Source: an uncultured bacterium (GTDB lineage Bacteria; Krumholzibacteriota; Krumholzibacteriia; Krumholzibacteriales; Krumholzibacteriaceae). From it: 52,757 nucleotides of DNA. Where the stretch lies: the NCBI GenBank assembly GCA_965371515.1, contig CBDUYR010000019.1:1-52757 (forward strand). Direction: 5' to 3'. The notes beneath the pieces are model-generated. The model made no database searches. It was not told the origin of the DNA and was given only the letters and a program-made list of their open reading frames with translations. Below, one piece after another: positions 27,582 to 38,413 of the stretch; position 1 is the first letter of the stretch, and each line of letters starts with the position of its first letter. The position numbers and the translations under genes were made by a program.

Positions 27582-28991
27582 ATCAGGGTCGATAGCAATT
27601 GGATAGCGGGGGCCCTCGGAGCTGCAGGCTTAAGGGTAGATGAACAGGAGAAAACGGTCGTCGCCGGAGTGACGACCGACTCGCGTACCGGTACGGACGG
27701 GATGCTGTTCGTGGCCCTGAAAGGTGAAGGCGGCGATGGTCATGATTTCATCGCCGAAGCGGCGGCGGGCGGCGCCGCTGCCCTTCTCGTCGAGCGAGAC
27801 CGGGGGGCAGCGGCTAAGAAGGCCGCTCCCGGGCTTGCCGTGTTCGAAGTGCGGGACACCCTCGAAGGACTGCAGACACTCGCTGCTGCATGGCGCGACA
27901 GGATCGATCCGAAGGTCGTGGCGATAACGGGCAGCAGCGGCAAGACGACGGCGAAAGATATGACGGCCGCTGTTCTCTCAGGAAGGTACTCGGTGCACGC
28001 GACGTCGGGAAATCTCAACAACCATATCGGGGTCCCCCTGACGATCCTGTCGATGCCGGAAGGGACCGAAGTGCTCGTGACGGAGATGGGAGCGAATCAC
28101 AAGGGTGAGATTGCGAAGCTCTGCGCTATCGCCCGCCCCGACGTAGGGGTCGTGACGAACATCGGCCCGAGCCACCTCGAGTTCTTCGGCACTCTGAAAG
28201 GCGTGGCGAAAGCGAAATCGGAGCTCGTCGCGTCGCTCGGTGAGGATGGAACGGCCATTCTGCCGGCCGATGACGACTTCTTCGAATTTCTCGCGGAAAA
28301 GACAAAAGCGCCGGTCGTATCGTTCGGATTTTCCGAGACGGCCGACGTCAGGATAGAGGATATCGAGAGCAGGGAAGGCGGAGGCTATACCTTCGCCATA
28401 GGCGGGACTGGCATGGAGATTCGGCGATTTGGAAGGCATCACCTTCTGAACGCGGGAGCCGCCGCCGCCGTTGCCGGGTTGCTGGGAGTGCCAGCCCCGG
28501 AGGCGGCGGCGGCCATCGCCGAAACCGGCGCGTTCGACGGCCGCGGCGTCGTATTCGACGTGGCGGGCATAACCTTCGTCGACGAGACGTACAATTCCAA
28601 TCCCGCATCGCTCCGGGCCGCAGTCGACGCATTCATGGAGATGCCCCTCGAGGGAAGGCGCTGGCTCGTCCTCGGCGACATGCTCGAGCTGGGAAAGACG
28701 GCAGGCGAGCTCCACGAGGAGGCCGGGGCATACTGCGGCAAGGCCGGCTTCGACGGGATAATAACGCTGGGAAACGAGACTGTCGAGCTGAACAGGGTGG
28801 CTGCCGTTCAGCGCAGGGCCCCCGAGATCATCAGCCACTTCCTCGATGCGGCCAATCTCGCCGCTTACCTCGACGGACTCCTGGTCGAGGGTGACGGAGT
28901 GCTGGTGAAGGGATCCCGCGGGATGAGGATGGAGACGGTGATAGAGGAGATCGAGAAGAGGCGTGAATCGGCGGGAAGGAGGACCGGCTGA
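27582..28991 (+). CDS. murF: UDP-MurNAc-tripeptide--D-Ala-D-Ala ligase MurF (start uncertain: ATC 27582 or GTG 27669)
   Basis: TTDSR, ITGSSGKTT, NLNNHIGVP, EMGANH, D.YNSNP, LGDMLELG, VKGSRG. The N-terminal MurF-like sequence extends upstream of the first canonical start. Confidence 0.93.
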   Translation: MRVDSNWIAGALGAAGLRVDEQEKTVVAGVTTDSRTGTDGMLFVALKGEGGDGHDFIAEAAAGGAAALLVERDRGAAAKKAAPGLAVFEVRDTLEGLQTLAAAWRDRIDPKVVAITGSSGKTTAKDMTAAVLSGRYSVHATSGNLNNHIGVPLTILSMPEGTEVLVTEMGANHKGEIAKLCAIARPDVGVVTNIGPSHLEFFGTLKGVAKAKSELVASLGEDGTAILPADDDFFEFLAEKTKAPVVSFGFSETADVRIEDIESREGGGYTFAIGGTGMEIRRFGRHHLLNAGAAAAVAGLLGVPAPEAAAAIAETGAFDGRGVVFDVAGITFVDETYNSNPASLRAAVDAFMEMPLEGRRWLVLGDMLELGKTAGELHEEAGAYCGKAGFDGIITLGNETVELNRVAAVQRRAPEIISHFLDAANLAAYLDGLLVEGDGVLVKGSRGMRMETVIEEIEKRRESAGRRTG

Positions 28992-30073
28992 TGCTGTATC
29001 ACCTCCTCTATCCGCTCAGGGAATACTTCTTCGGATTCAACGTATTCAGGTACATCACCTTCCGTTCGGCGTACGCTACCGTGACGGCCCTGCTCATATG
29101 CTTCATCTTCGGGCCGAGGATGATCAGGTGGCTCTCATCGCTGCAGATAGGGCAGAGGGTGAGGAAGGAGGTGCCCGAGCGCCACAACGGCAAGGAGGGC
29201 ACGCCGACGATGGGCGGTATGCTGATGATATCGGCGATCGTCATCCCCACGCTCCTCTGGGCAGACCTCGACAATCCGTACGTCCAGCTCGCGCTCGTCG
29301 TGACGGTCTGGACCGGTGCCATCGGATTCATCGACGATTATCTCGGTGTGATCAAAAAGAGGGACAAGGGGCTGGTCGGCAGGTATAAGCTGGTCGGGCA
29401 GCTCGTCTTCGGTCTCGCGCTCGGGATCTACCTCTACCTCAACCCGATGTCGGCCGATGGAACGAAGACGGTCGTCCCGTTCTTCAAGGACCTCTACATC
29501 GACTGGGGGGTCTTCTACATCCCCCTGGTGATGGTGATAATCACGGGCACTTCCAACGCTGTAAACCTCACGGACGGGCTCGATGGCCTGGCGACGGGGA
29601 TTTCGGCATTCTGCTTCCTCGCCTTTGCGCTGGTCGCATACCTCAGCGGAAATGCCGTCTTTGCCGACTACCTCCAGATATTCTATCTGCCCGGGGCCGG
29701 CGAACTCTCGATCTACTGTATGTCGGTGGTCGGGGCAGCTCTCGGGTTCCTGTGGTTCAACACTCACCCTGCCCGGATTTTCATGGGCGATACCGGCTCG
29801 CTTGCGCTTGGCGGTGCTCTCGGCACCGTGGCAGTCCTGCTCAAGGGCGAGCTTCTCCTACTGATAATAGGCGGGGTCTTCGTAGCGGAGACCCTTTCAG
29901 TGATACTGCAGGTTGTTTCGTTCCGCCTGCGGGGCAAGAGGATCTTCTTGATGGCTCCCCTTCACCACCACTTCGAGCTGAAGGGCTGGTCGGAGAGCCA
30001 GATCGTCGTGAGATTCTGGATCGTGGCCGCGCTGCTTCTCCTGCTGGGCATGAGCACATTGAAGCTGCGCTAG
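28991..30073 (+). CDS. mraY: phospho-N-acetylmuramoyl-pentapeptide transferase MraY
   Basis: KEGTPTMGG, GFIDDY, NAVNLTDGLDGL, FMGDTGSL, MAPLHHHFE. Confidence 0.97.
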   Translation: MLYHLLYPLREYFFGFNVFRYITFRSAYATVTALLICFIFGPRMIRWLSSLQIGQRVRKEVPERHNGKEGTPTMGGMLMISAIVIPTLLWADLDNPYVQLALVVTVWTGAIGFIDDYLGVIKKRDKGLVGRYKLVGQLVFGLALGIYLYLNPMSADGTKTVVPFFKDLYIDWGVFYIPLVMVIITGTSNAVNLTDGLDGLATGISAFCFLAFALVAYLSGNAVFADYLQIFYLPGAGELSIYCMSVVGAALGFLWFNTHPARIFMGDTGSLALGGALGTVAVLLKGELLLLIIGGVFVAETLSVILQVVSFRLRGKRIFLMAPLHHHFELKGWSESQIVVRFWIVAALLLLLGMSTLKLR

Positions 30074-30114
30074 AAGGGAAGGCCGGAAGGCATGGTTCCG
30101 GCCTTCCCTGAAAG

Positions 30115-31476
30115 ATGATGGAAGAATACAAAGGCAGACACATACTGGTTTTCGGGCTTGCCAGGAGCGGCTTCGCCGCGGCTCGCCTCCTTCTGGAGGC
30201 CGGTGCTGTGGTGTGCGGTGCCGACGAGGACGAAAAGGTGGAGATACCTCCTGACCTGACCGCACTTGAGACTCACCTGGGGCATTTCCGCGGCGAGCTT
30301 ATCGACGATATCGACGAGATCATCATCAGCCCCGGTATTCCGGACGATCACCCGGTATTCGCCGCCGCGTCCGCACGCAGCATAGCTGTCATCGGAGAGC
30401 TCGAGCTCGCGTACAGGTTTGCCCGCGCTCCGGTCATCGCTGTCACCGGGACGAACGGCAAGTCGACGACGGTCGAGATGATAGGCGAGATGCTCAGGGA
30501 GGACGGCCGGGACGCGGTGGTTGCGGGTAACACCGGAACGCCGTTCAGCTCGGTCATCGGAAAAACGGACAAAAACGGATTCTTCGTCATAGAGGCCAGC
30601 TCGTTCCAGCTCGAGACGATCGACCGGTTCCATTCTGTCTCCGCCGGTATCCTCAACCTGACGCCGGATCATCTCGACCGGTACAAGTCGCTCGATGATT
30701 ATTACGGTGCGAAGGAGAGGATGCTCGACAACCTCGCCCCCGACGATCATTTTTTCTACAACGCCGACGACCCTCTCTGCGTCGGGGCGGCGGAAAGAGT
30801 CGAGGCAATCATGGTGCCATTCTCATCCTCCGGCAGGGTGCCCGGCGGCGTCTATCTCGACGGGGAACACCTGATCAGAGAGAGCGTCGACGGGACCGAG
30901 GAGATTATCTGCGACAGGAGCGAGATGAGGGTGATCGGGATACACAACGTCGAAAACGCCCTTGCGGCGATCGCGGCCGTGACGCCTTTCAGAGTCACTG
31001 CCGACTCGTGCAGGAGGGCTCTGGCAGCCTTCGGCGGGCTTCCGCACCGGATGGAGCTCGTGGCGGAATCGAGCGGCGTGTCGTTCTTCAACGATTCGAA
31101 GGCGACCAACGTGGAGGCGGCGGTCAAGTCCCTGAAAGGACTCGAGTCGCCTGTCGTCCTGATAGCGGGAGGACACGACAAGGGCGGAGATTTCTCGAAG
31201 TTTCTGGAAGTATCAGGCGTCGTCCGCTCGATCGTGACGATAGGAGAGGCGGCCGGACTGATAGAGAAGACGGTAGGGGAGAGGATCCCCTGCACGCGTG
31301 CCGGTTCAATGGAGGAGGCGGTCATGACGGCGGCCGCGGCCGCGGAGAAAGGATGGCTCGTCGTGCTGTCCCCGGCATGCGCGAGCTTTGACATGTACGA
31401 CAATTTCGAGCATAGAGGCAGGGTCTTCCGGGAGAGCGTTTCGGGGATCGTGAAGAAAGCCGGCGACGGTGAATAG
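30115..31476 (+). CDS. murD: UDP-MurNAc-L-Ala--D-Glu ligase MurD
   Basis: GLARSG, ISPGI, TGTNGKST, SSFQL, PDHLDRY, HRME, NDSKATN, SPACASFD. Confidence 0.96.
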   Translation: MMEEYKGRHILVFGLARSGFAAARLLLEAGAVVCGADEDEKVEIPPDLTALETHLGHFRGELIDDIDEIIISPGIPDDHPVFAAASARSIAVIGELELAYRFARAPVIAVTGTNGKSTTVEMIGEMLREDGRDAVVAGNTGTPFSSVIGKTDKNGFFVIEASSFQLETIDRFHSVSAGILNLTPDHLDRYKSLDDYYGAKERMLDNLAPDDHFFYNADDPLCVGAAERVEAIMVPFSSSGRVPGGVYLDGEHLIRESVDGTEEIICDRSEMRVIGIHNVENALAAIAAVTPFRVTADSCRRALAAFGGLPHRMELVAESSGVSFFNDSKATNVEAAVKSLKGLESPVVLIAGGHDKGGDFSKFLEVSGVVRSIVTIGEAAGLIEKTVGERIPCTRAGSMEEAVMTAAAAAEKGWLVVLSPACASFDMYDNFEHRGRVFRESVSGIVKKAGDGE

Positions 31477-32667
31477 ATGAAGAAGAAACCTGCATACGAT
31501 CTGAAGCTGTTATATGCGGTGTTATTGCTCGTAGCACTGGGTCTCGTCATGGTCTTCTCGGCGAGCTGGGTGATCGCGCGCGAGCAGTTCGACTCGCCGT
31601 TCGCTATCTTCCAGAAGCACGCGATAAGGGTCGCTCTCGGGCTCCTGTGCCTATACGTGTTCATGAAGATCCCGTACAGGATCTACAGGAAGTTCAACTT
31701 CTGGATCCTCTGCGGAGCCCTCCTGATGCTTCTCTCGATATTCATATGGGGAACGAGAGCACGAGGGGCCGACAGGTGGCTGAAGTTGTTCGTATTCACG
31801 ATACAGCCTGTAGAAGCGGCAAAGTACTCGCTGATGATCTTTCTCGCGGTACGCCTGGCCGAGGGCAGAAAGAAACTCTCCGACCTGGAAAAGGGATTCC
31901 TGCCGCCGGTCGGGGCGGCCGCGGCGATGGCGGTCATGGTCGCGCTCCAGCCCAATATAAGCAACGTTGTCCTGATCACCGGCCTTACCATGACGCTGCT
32001 CTTCATCGGCGGATGCAGGCTCAGACAACTCGGCGCCTTTGCCGGGGTGGCAGCGCTCGCCGCGGTGACCTTCCTCTTCCGCATGGAACACGTGGTCCAG
32101 CGGGTGATGTTCGTGCTCAAGCGCTCCGATGATGTCAGCGGGATCGGCTGGCAGGTGAATCAGTCTCTCATAGCATTCGGCTCCGGTTTCATATTCGGAT
32201 GCGGCCCCGGAAGCGGACACCAGAAGTACAGCTTCCTCCCGGACGCGCATACCGATTTCATCTATTCGATCATCGGTGAGGAGCTCGGTTTCGTGGGAAC
32301 GTCGATCGTGCTCCTTCTCTTCGCCCTGATATTAAGGAGATCGCTGTGGATAGCGAAGAGGGCCCCGAACGAATTCGGGAGGTTTCTGGCCCTCGGTATA
32401 GGACTGACGATATTCGGGACGGCCATAATCAACATGGCCATGACGACGGGGATCCTCCCCACGGCCGGGTTGCCGCTTCCGTTCGTGAGTTACGGGGGGT
32501 CGTCGCTCGTAACGTCCCTGGCCGCCGTGGGGATACTGCTCAACATATCGATGCAGGGAAGGGATCCCGCGCCTCCTGCCGGAAGGGGCAGGACGAGAAG
32601 CATGAAGAACATGAGTTACGCGAGACGGACCGCGGCACCCCGTGCCGCCGGCGGAAGGAAACGGTGA
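31477..32667 (+). CDS. ftsW: SEDS peptidoglycan polymerase FtsW
   Basis: GA.RW, QP.E..K, LPDAHTDFI, GEELG, P..GLPLPFVSYGGSS. Confidence 0.95.
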   Translation: MKKKPAYDLKLLYAVLLLVALGLVMVFSASWVIAREQFDSPFAIFQKHAIRVALGLLCLYVFMKIPYRIYRKFNFWILCGALLMLLSIFIWGTRARGADRWLKLFVFTIQPVEAAKYSLMIFLAVRLAEGRKKLSDLEKGFLPPVGAAAAMAVMVALQPNISNVVLITGLTMTLLFIGGCRLRQLGAFAGVAALAAVTFLFRMEHVVQRVMFVLKRSDDVSGIGWQVNQSLIAFGSGFIFGCGPGSGHQKYSFLPDAHTDFIYSIIGEELGFVGTSIVLLLFALILRRSLWIAKRAPNEFGRFLALGIGLTIFGTAIINMAMTTGILPTAGLPLPFVSYGGSSLVTSLAAVGILLNISMQGRDPAPPAGRGRTRSMKNMSYARRTAAPRAAGGRKR

Positions 32668-33758
32668 TGAGGGTGGTATTCGCCGGCGGAGGAACGGGAG
32701 GCCATCTCTATCCTGCCCTGGCCGTAGCGGAGGAGCTGTCGTCGAGGAACGGCGTATTCGAGGCGCTGTTCGTCGGTACGAGTCGCGGCATCGAATCGCG
32801 CGTCGTGCCCGGGGCTGGATACAGGCTCGAGATGATATCCTCGCGTGGAGCGCGCGGAAAGGGAGCCGCCGGAAAGGTCGTCACAGGTGCGATGCTGACC
32901 GCGGGGATCATGCAGTCGATAAGGATCATCAGAAGGTTCAAGCCCGACCTCGTCTTCGGGTCGGGCGGTTATGCGAGTGTCGCCGCCGTTTCAGCGGCAT
33001 GGCTTACGAGGAATACCGTAGTGCTCCAGGAACAGAATTCCATTCCGGGGCTGGCCAACAGGACGCTGGCGCCGATGGCGAAGAGGCTCTACCTCGGATT
33101 CGAAAGGGCCCGCAAATATTTCAGGAAAGGCGCGCCGGTCCTCGTTACGGGGAACCCGCTTCGCGGCTCGATAAAGCCGGGTCCGGACAGGAGCGCCCGC
33201 AGCGACTTCGGCCTGACGGACGAAGGACACGTCCTCCTGGTATTCGGCGGGAGCCAGGGGGCGATGACCCTCAGCAGGGCCGCCGCGGGATACCTGCTCG
33301 AAAGGACCGACGTCCAGGCGATCATACAGACCGGCGAGAACGGATACGAGGAGATACGTGACCGGTTGGCCGGAGCGGCCGGCAGGGTATTCGTCTCTCC
33401 CTACATAGAGGAGATAGGCAGAGCGTACGCGGCGGCCGACGTTGCGCTGGCCAGGGCGGGGGCGCTGAGCGTTTCCGAACTGGCAGCGGCGGGGCTGCCA
33501 TCGGTGCTCGTACCATATCCCCACTGCGCGGACGATCACCAGATGCACAACGCATCGGTGTTCGTCGACGTGGGAGGGGCAGTGATGATAGAGGACTCTA
33601 GACTCGACGCCGCCTCGCTGGCGGCGGAGCTCGATCCGGTGATCGACGATCCCGGCCTCCTGCGAAGGATGCGCGAAGCGCTCGTCCCGTTCCAGGGAAA
33701 GCGCGCCGCGGCGGTCATTGCCGACGACATGGAAATGATTGCGGGAGGCGATGCGTGA
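32667..33758 (+). CDS. murG: lipid I N-acetylglucosaminyl transferase MurG
   Basis: AGGGTGGHLYP, EQNS.PG.AN, GNP.R, GGSQGA, RAGA, HQ..NA. Confidence 0.96.
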   Translation: MRVVFAGGGTGGHLYPALAVAEELSSRNGVFEALFVGTSRGIESRVVPGAGYRLEMISSRGARGKGAAGKVVTGAMLTAGIMQSIRIIRRFKPDLVFGSGGYASVAAVSAAWLTRNTVVLQEQNSIPGLANRTLAPMAKRLYLGFERARKYFRKGAPVLVTGNPLRGSIKPGPDRSARSDFGLTDEGHVLLVFGGSQGAMTLSRAAAGYLLERTDVQAIIQTGENGYEEIRDRLAGAAGRVFVSPYIEEIGRAYAAADVALARAGALSVSELAAAGLPSVLVPYPHCADDHQMHNASVFVDVGGAVMIEDSRLDAASLAAELDPVIDDPGLLRRMREALVPFQGKRAAAVIADDMEMIAGGDA

Positions 33759-35149
33759 TGAGCGGAAGCGAGATGCTCGGAAAGGCCAGGCACGTTCATT
33801 TCGTCGGGATAGGCGGCATAGGCATGAGCGGGATAGCGGAGGTGCTGATCAATCTGGAATTCGAAGTGAGCGGGTCCGACGTGGAGAGATCCGCGATCAC
33901 TGATCACCTGGCCTCCCTGGGCGCGACGATATCCGAGGGCCACAGTGCGGATAATGTCGGCGGCGCCGACATCGTCGTAGTCTCTTCTGCGATAGGCCCG
34001 GAGAATCCCGAGGTGAGGGCGGCGGCTGATGCGGGGATCCCGCTGATCCCGCGCTCCGACATGCTGGGCGAGCTGATGAGGATAAGGACCGGGATCGCGA
34101 TAGCGGGCGCCCACGGCAAGACTACGACTACGTCCCTCGCCGCGGTCGTCCTGCAGGAGGCCGGTCTCGATCCGACCGTCGTTGTTGGAGGTAAGGTCAA
34201 GAGCCTGGACGCGAACGCGATGCTTGGACGGGGGCAGTACATCGTGGCCGAGGTCGATGAGAGCGACGGCAATTTCGTGAGGTTGACGCCGTCGATCGCG
34301 ATCATCACGAATATCGACGCAGAGCACCTCGATTTCTACGGGGGGCTCGAAAAGATCCACGAGGCGTTCGTGACATTCGCGGGCAGGGTCCCCTTCCACG
34401 GCGTGGTGATCTGCTGTGTCGACGACGCGAACGTAAGGGCTATCATGCCGTTGATAGACAGGAAGATCATAACATACGGATTCAGCCAGGACGCAGGGGT
34501 GAGGGGAGTCGTGGAAAAGGAGGACGGGAAAGGCTCGGTCTTCAGGCTCCACGCTGATGGTAATGATCACGGGACGATAAGGCTCGCGCTTCCCGGTCGG
34601 CACAATGTCTTGAACGCCATCGGAGTCTGTGCGCTGGCGCTCGAGCTTGAGATCGACATCGATGCTGTCCGCCGCGCCCTCGAGCACTTCGAGGGAGTAG
34701 GGCGCAGGTTCGAGCGAAAAGGCGAAGAGGCCGGCATACTCGTCATAGACGATTACGCGCACCACCCGACAGAGATAAAGGCGGCTGTCGAGACGGCGAG
34801 AAGGAGTTTCGACCGCCGGGTTGTAGCGGTCTTCCAGCCGCACAGGTTCACGAGGACCAGGGACCTGCACGAGAACTTCGACAGGTGCTTCCACGATGCC
34901 GACCTCGTATTTATCACGGATATATACGGTGCCGGTGAGGCGCCGATACCGGGAATAACGGGAGATCTCATATACAGGGCCGTTCTGAAGGGCGGAGTGA
35001 GGAAGGCGGTATATCTGCCCGACCGCGATGATCTGCTCGATGCCCTCGAGTCGGCGGTCGCGGAGGGAGACGTAGTGCTGACGCTCGGCGCGGGCGATAT
35101 CTGGAAGACAGGTGACGAACTACTCGAGAGGATCAGAAAGGACAGATGA
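33755..35149 (+). CDS. murC: UDP-MurNAc--L-Ala ligase MurC
   Basis: HFVGIGGIGMSG, AGAHGKTTT, E.DESD, DDYAHHPTEI, FQPHR, LGAGDI. Confidence 0.97.
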   Translation: MMSGSEMLGKARHVHFVGIGGIGMSGIAEVLINLEFEVSGSDVERSAITDHLASLGATISEGHSADNVGGADIVVVSSAIGPENPEVRAAADAGIPLIPRSDMLGELMRIRTGIAIAGAHGKTTTTSLAAVVLQEAGLDPTVVVGGKVKSLDANAMLGRGQYIVAEVDESDGNFVRLTPSIAIITNIDAEHLDFYGGLEKIHEAFVTFAGRVPFHGVVICCVDDANVRAIMPLIDRKIITYGFSQDAGVRGVVEKEDGKGSVFRLHADGNDHGTIRLALPGRHNVLNAIGVCALALELEIDIDAVRRALEHFEGVGRRFERKGEEAGILVIDDYAHHPTEIKAAVETARRSFDRRVVAVFQPHRFTRTRDLHENFDRCFHDADLVFITDIYGAGEAPIPGITGDLIYRAVLKGGVRKAVYLPDRDDLLDALESAVAEGDVVLTLGAGDIWKTGDELLERIRKDR

Positions 35150-35919
35150 AGACGAGAAGAAGCATAATGGTCCCACCGCCGATGGCGAGACGCCGCATGG
35201 AGAAGAGGCATGTCAGCCGCCGTGTCTGGCTGATGCCCGCCGGGACGGCCGTCGCGCTCGCGGTTATAGTGTACGCCGTATTCCTCACCGGATTTTTCAA
35301 GATCCACGAGATCAGCGTCTACGGCAGCAGGAACCTGCCGCTCGAGTCGCTGCAGGAGAAGGCAGGGATATGGGTCGGCGCCAACGTCTTCACCGTTCCC
35401 CTCTCCGAGATCAGGGAGATGTTCAAGAGCAATCCGTCGGTCGGTACGGTCACTTTCCGGCGGCGGCTTCCCCATAAGCTGGACTGCTACCTGCGCGTGA
35501 GGGAGCCGGTGGCACTTCTCATTCTCGATGGCCACAAGATGGCCGAGGTAGACGCCGACGGTGTTGTCATCCCCGCGGACGGCCGCTCGATGGATATCGA
35601 TCTCCCGGTCATAACAGGGCTGGACGGAAAGACCGCGGAGAAAGATTCCGGAAGGGAACGCATCGGAAAGGGGCTCGAGGTCCTCGAGCTTCTCAAGGAG
35701 TTCGGATTCTCGCCGGCCAGGCAGCTCTCGGAGATCCATATCGACGGAGACGAGATCGTCCTCGTCTGGATGGATTCCGGGACTCTCATCAGGGTTGGAA
35801 GGGACGGGTTCGAGGAGAAGATAAGAAAATTGAAGGCGGTCTACCCCTCGCTCCGCAAGCAGGGCGGGCTGCCGTCTCAGATAGACCTGAGGTTCGACAG
35901 ACAGGTTGTTGTGCGGTGA
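35146..35919 (+). CDS. ftsQ: cell division protein FtsQ/DivIB
   Basis: Single TM, POTRA-like domain, DLPVITG and C-terminal IDLRF..QVVVR; located before ftsA. Confidence 0.88.
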   Translation: MKTRRSIMVPPPMARRRMEKRHVSRRVWLMPAGTAVALAVIVYAVFLTGFFKIHEISVYGSRNLPLESLQEKAGIWVGANVFTVPLSEIREMFKSNPSVGTVTFRRRLPHKLDCYLRVREPVALLILDGHKMAEVDADGVVIPADGRSMDIDLPVITGLDGKTAEKDSGRERIGKGLEVLELLKEFGFSPARQLSEIHIDGDEIVLVWMDSGTLIRVGRDGFEEKIRKLKAVYPSLRKQGGLPSQIDLRFDRQVVVR

Positions 35920-35950
35920 TCTCCGCCGCACGGGAGGTGATTTGTCCGGC

Positions 35951-37174
35951 ATGTTACCGGAATTCATAGTAAGCATCGATCTCGGATCGGAAAGAACAAT
36001 CGTTCTTGTCGGTGAGATCGTGCCGGGAGACAGGTTCAGGATAATCGGCGCGTCGTTGAGGCCCTCTTCCGGGATCAGGAAAGGCGCGGTCGTCGACATG
36101 GAGGAGGCAGCGGAATGTGTCCGTGAGACGGCCGATCATGCTGCCCGTATGGCAGGTGTGGAGATCGACTGCATGAGCGTCGGCGTGAGTGGATCACACA
36201 TCCGGAGTTTCAACAGCAGGGGGCTGATCCCCGTTCCGAGCGCGCGCAGGGAGATAACCGCCGACGATGTGGAGCAGGCAAACAGGATCGCCTGCAACAT
36301 CACCCTGCCTGCCGAGATGGAGATCCTTCATTCGATTCCGCAGGATTACATCGTCGATGCCCACAGGGGGATCAGCGATCCGGTCGGGATGACGGCCTCG
36401 AGACTCGGGACCGAACTCCACCTTGTGACGGTGGGGGCCGTGCAGATCGAGAACGTTGTAAAGGTCATCGAGAAGGCGGGGTTCGACGTCGTCAACGTCG
36501 TCTTCAATCCTCTTGCCGCCGCACATGCCGTGCTGCGCGAGGACGAGATCGAGGCGGGGTGCCTGCTGATAGACATGGGGGCATGCGTAAGCTCCTTCGC
36601 CCTCTACGGCGGCGGGAGCATACGCTCGAGCGGCGTACTGGGAGCCGGCGGAGAAAATGTTACGAACGATCTCGCCGTCGGGCTGAGGATTCCGAAAGGC
36701 ACGGCCGAGGAGGTCAAGCTTCGCTGGGGGCTTGCCCTGGCGTCGCTTGCGGCGGAGGACGAGGTCGTCACGGTGCCGGGGACGGGAAGCGGGGAGGGAG
36801 AGATAAGAAGACAGATCATCGCCGCGATCGTGGAGCCGAGATGCGAGGAGATCTTCAGCATGATCAAGTCGGCGGTATCGAACGATCCGCATTTCCGGGC
36901 GGCCGGCAGCACGGTCGTTCTGACCGGAGGCGGATCGAAGATAGAAGGGCTCGAGGGCGTCGCGAAGCAGGTTTTCGAAAGGCCTGTGAGAACGGGACGT
37001 CCGAACGGGCTGGGCGGTCTCTCCGAGATCGTCTCCAACGAGAGCTGGAGCGCTGCGGTCGGCCTGCTTCTCTTCGAGAAGGATCGGCTGGAGCGCGAGG
37101 AACAGCAGGCCCGGGGCCGTGGGAGCTTCGGGAAGATGATAGGGAATCTCAAAAGACTCGCAGGTATGTTCTAA
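35951..37174 (+). CDS. ftsA: cell division protein FtsA
   Basis: IDLGS, G.RKG.VVD, PVGM...RL, ID.G, VTND.A.GL, VLTGGG and an amphipathic C-terminal helix. Confidence 0.95.
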   Translation: MLPEFIVSIDLGSERTIVLVGEIVPGDRFRIIGASLRPSSGIRKGAVVDMEEAAECVRETADHAARMAGVEIDCMSVGVSGSHIRSFNSRGLIPVPSARREITADDVEQANRIACNITLPAEMEILHSIPQDYIVDAHRGISDPVGMTASRLGTELHLVTVGAVQIENVVKVIEKAGFDVVNVVFNPLAAAHAVLREDEIEAGCLLIDMGACVSSFALYGGGSIRSSGVLGAGGENVTNDLAVGLRIPKGTAEEVKLRWGLALASLAAEDEVVTVPGTGSGEGEIRRQIIAAIVEPRCEEIFSMIKSAVSNDPHFRAAGSTVVLTGGGSKIEGLEGVAKQVFERPVRTGRPNGLGGLSEIVSNESWSAAVGLLLFEKDRLEREEQQARGRGSFGKMIGNLKRLAGMF

Positions 37175-37193
37175 CATGAAAAGGGGGCAGAAC

Positions 37194-38390
37194 ATGAGGT
37201 TCGAATTCGATGACTTCGGCGAGCTGGCCGCTCTGAAGGTCATCGGCGTCGGCGGGGCCGGGGGCAACGCCGTAAACCGTATGATCGCAGCCGGTCTGCA
37301 GGGAGTCGAGTTTATCGCCGTGAACACAGACGCGCAGGTGCTCGAGCTGTCACAGGCGCACAAGAAGATTCAGATCGGTGGCAGGCTTACCAAGGGACTC
37401 GGCTCGGGAGGCAATCCCGAGGTTGGAAGAAAGGCGATCGAGGAGGATCTCGACCTGATACGCGAGACGCTCGACGACGCCGACATGGTATTTGTTACCT
37501 CCGGTATGGGCGGCGGCACGGGCACGGGCGCGAGCCCGACTGTTGCCCGCATGGCCCGGGAGCTCGGCGCGCTGACGGTAGGCATCATCACGAGGCCCTT
37601 CTCGTTCGAGGGAAAACGCCGCGAGAACCAGGCGCTCGCCGGAATCGAGGAGCTCAGGAGAGAAGTCGATACCCTGATCGTCATCCAGAACGACAGGTTG
37701 CTCACGATCGTCGGTGCCGACACGCCTCTGTCCGAGGCCTTTTCGAAGGCCGACGGCATCCTTCACCACGCAACCAAGGGGATATCGGACCTGATAATGA
37801 TTCCCGGCCTCATAAACCTTGACTTCGCTGACGTCCGTTCTATCATGAGCGGAATGGGCGACGCTCTTATGGGCACCGGAGTGGCCGAGGGCGAGAACAG
37901 AGCGGTGGAAGCGGCACGTATGGCGCTGAGCAGCCCTCTCCTCGACGACATCTCGATCCAGGGAGCCAGGGGCGTGCTCGTCAACATAACGGGCGACGAG
38001 AAGATGACGTTGCACGAGGTCTCCCAGGCCACCGCGATAATAAGCGAAGAGGCCGGCGAGGATGCCAACGTGATCTTCGGAGCGGTTGTAAGCGCGGAGG
38101 AAACCGACTCGATGCACGTGACAGTCATCGCTACCGGATTCGAATATTCCGAGCGGGAGATCTATCCCGACTTCGAGGTGAGGGGACGCTCACCCGAGCC
38201 GGTGGCACAGCCCGTCGCGTCGGCGTCATTGATGGAACCCGTGACGGTAGAACCGGCGTTATTTGCGGCCGGTACGGCGGTGCCGGAGATGGTCGAGAAA
38301 TCCGGCGTCGAGTTCATGGCGAACGCCGTCACTTCAGCACACGAGCCGAATCTCGAAATACCGACGTTCCTTCGCAAGCAGCTGGACTGA
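37194..38390 (+). CDS. ftsZ: cell division GTPase FtsZ
   Basis: [19 protein letters not shown] tubulin signature, NLDFADV and C-terminal LEIPTFLR. Confidence 0.98.
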   Translation: MRFEFDDFGELAALKVIGVGGAGGNAVNRMIAAGLQGVEFIAVNTDAQVLELSQAHKKIQIGGRLTKGLGSGGNPEVGRKAIEEDLDLIRETLDDADMVFVTSGMGGGTGTGASPTVARMARELGALTVGIITRPFSFEGKRRENQALAGIEELRREVDTLIVIQNDRLLTIVGADTPLSEAFSKADGILHHATKGISDLIMIPGLINLDFADVRSIMSGMGDALMGTGVAEGENRAVEAARMALSSPLLDDISIQGARGVLVNITGDEKMTLHEVSQATAIISEEAGEDANVIFGAVVSAEETDSMHVTVIATGFEYSEREIYPDFEVRGRSPEPVAQPVASASLMEPVTVEPALFAAGTAVPEMVEKSGVEFMANAVTSAHEPNLEIPTFLRKQLD

Positions 38391-38413
38391 AAGGCGTAAG
38401 GCGGGAGGGCGAT

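Noticed and set aside
27577..27606. TTG right after GGAGG as the murF start
   Set aside because: Out of frame with murF, too close to the RBS, and it hits TAG after 9 codons.
33536..37363. Several long minus-strand ORFs (452, 448 and 389 aa)
   Set aside because: Antisense to murC, ftsQ and ftsA; no coding signature of their own.
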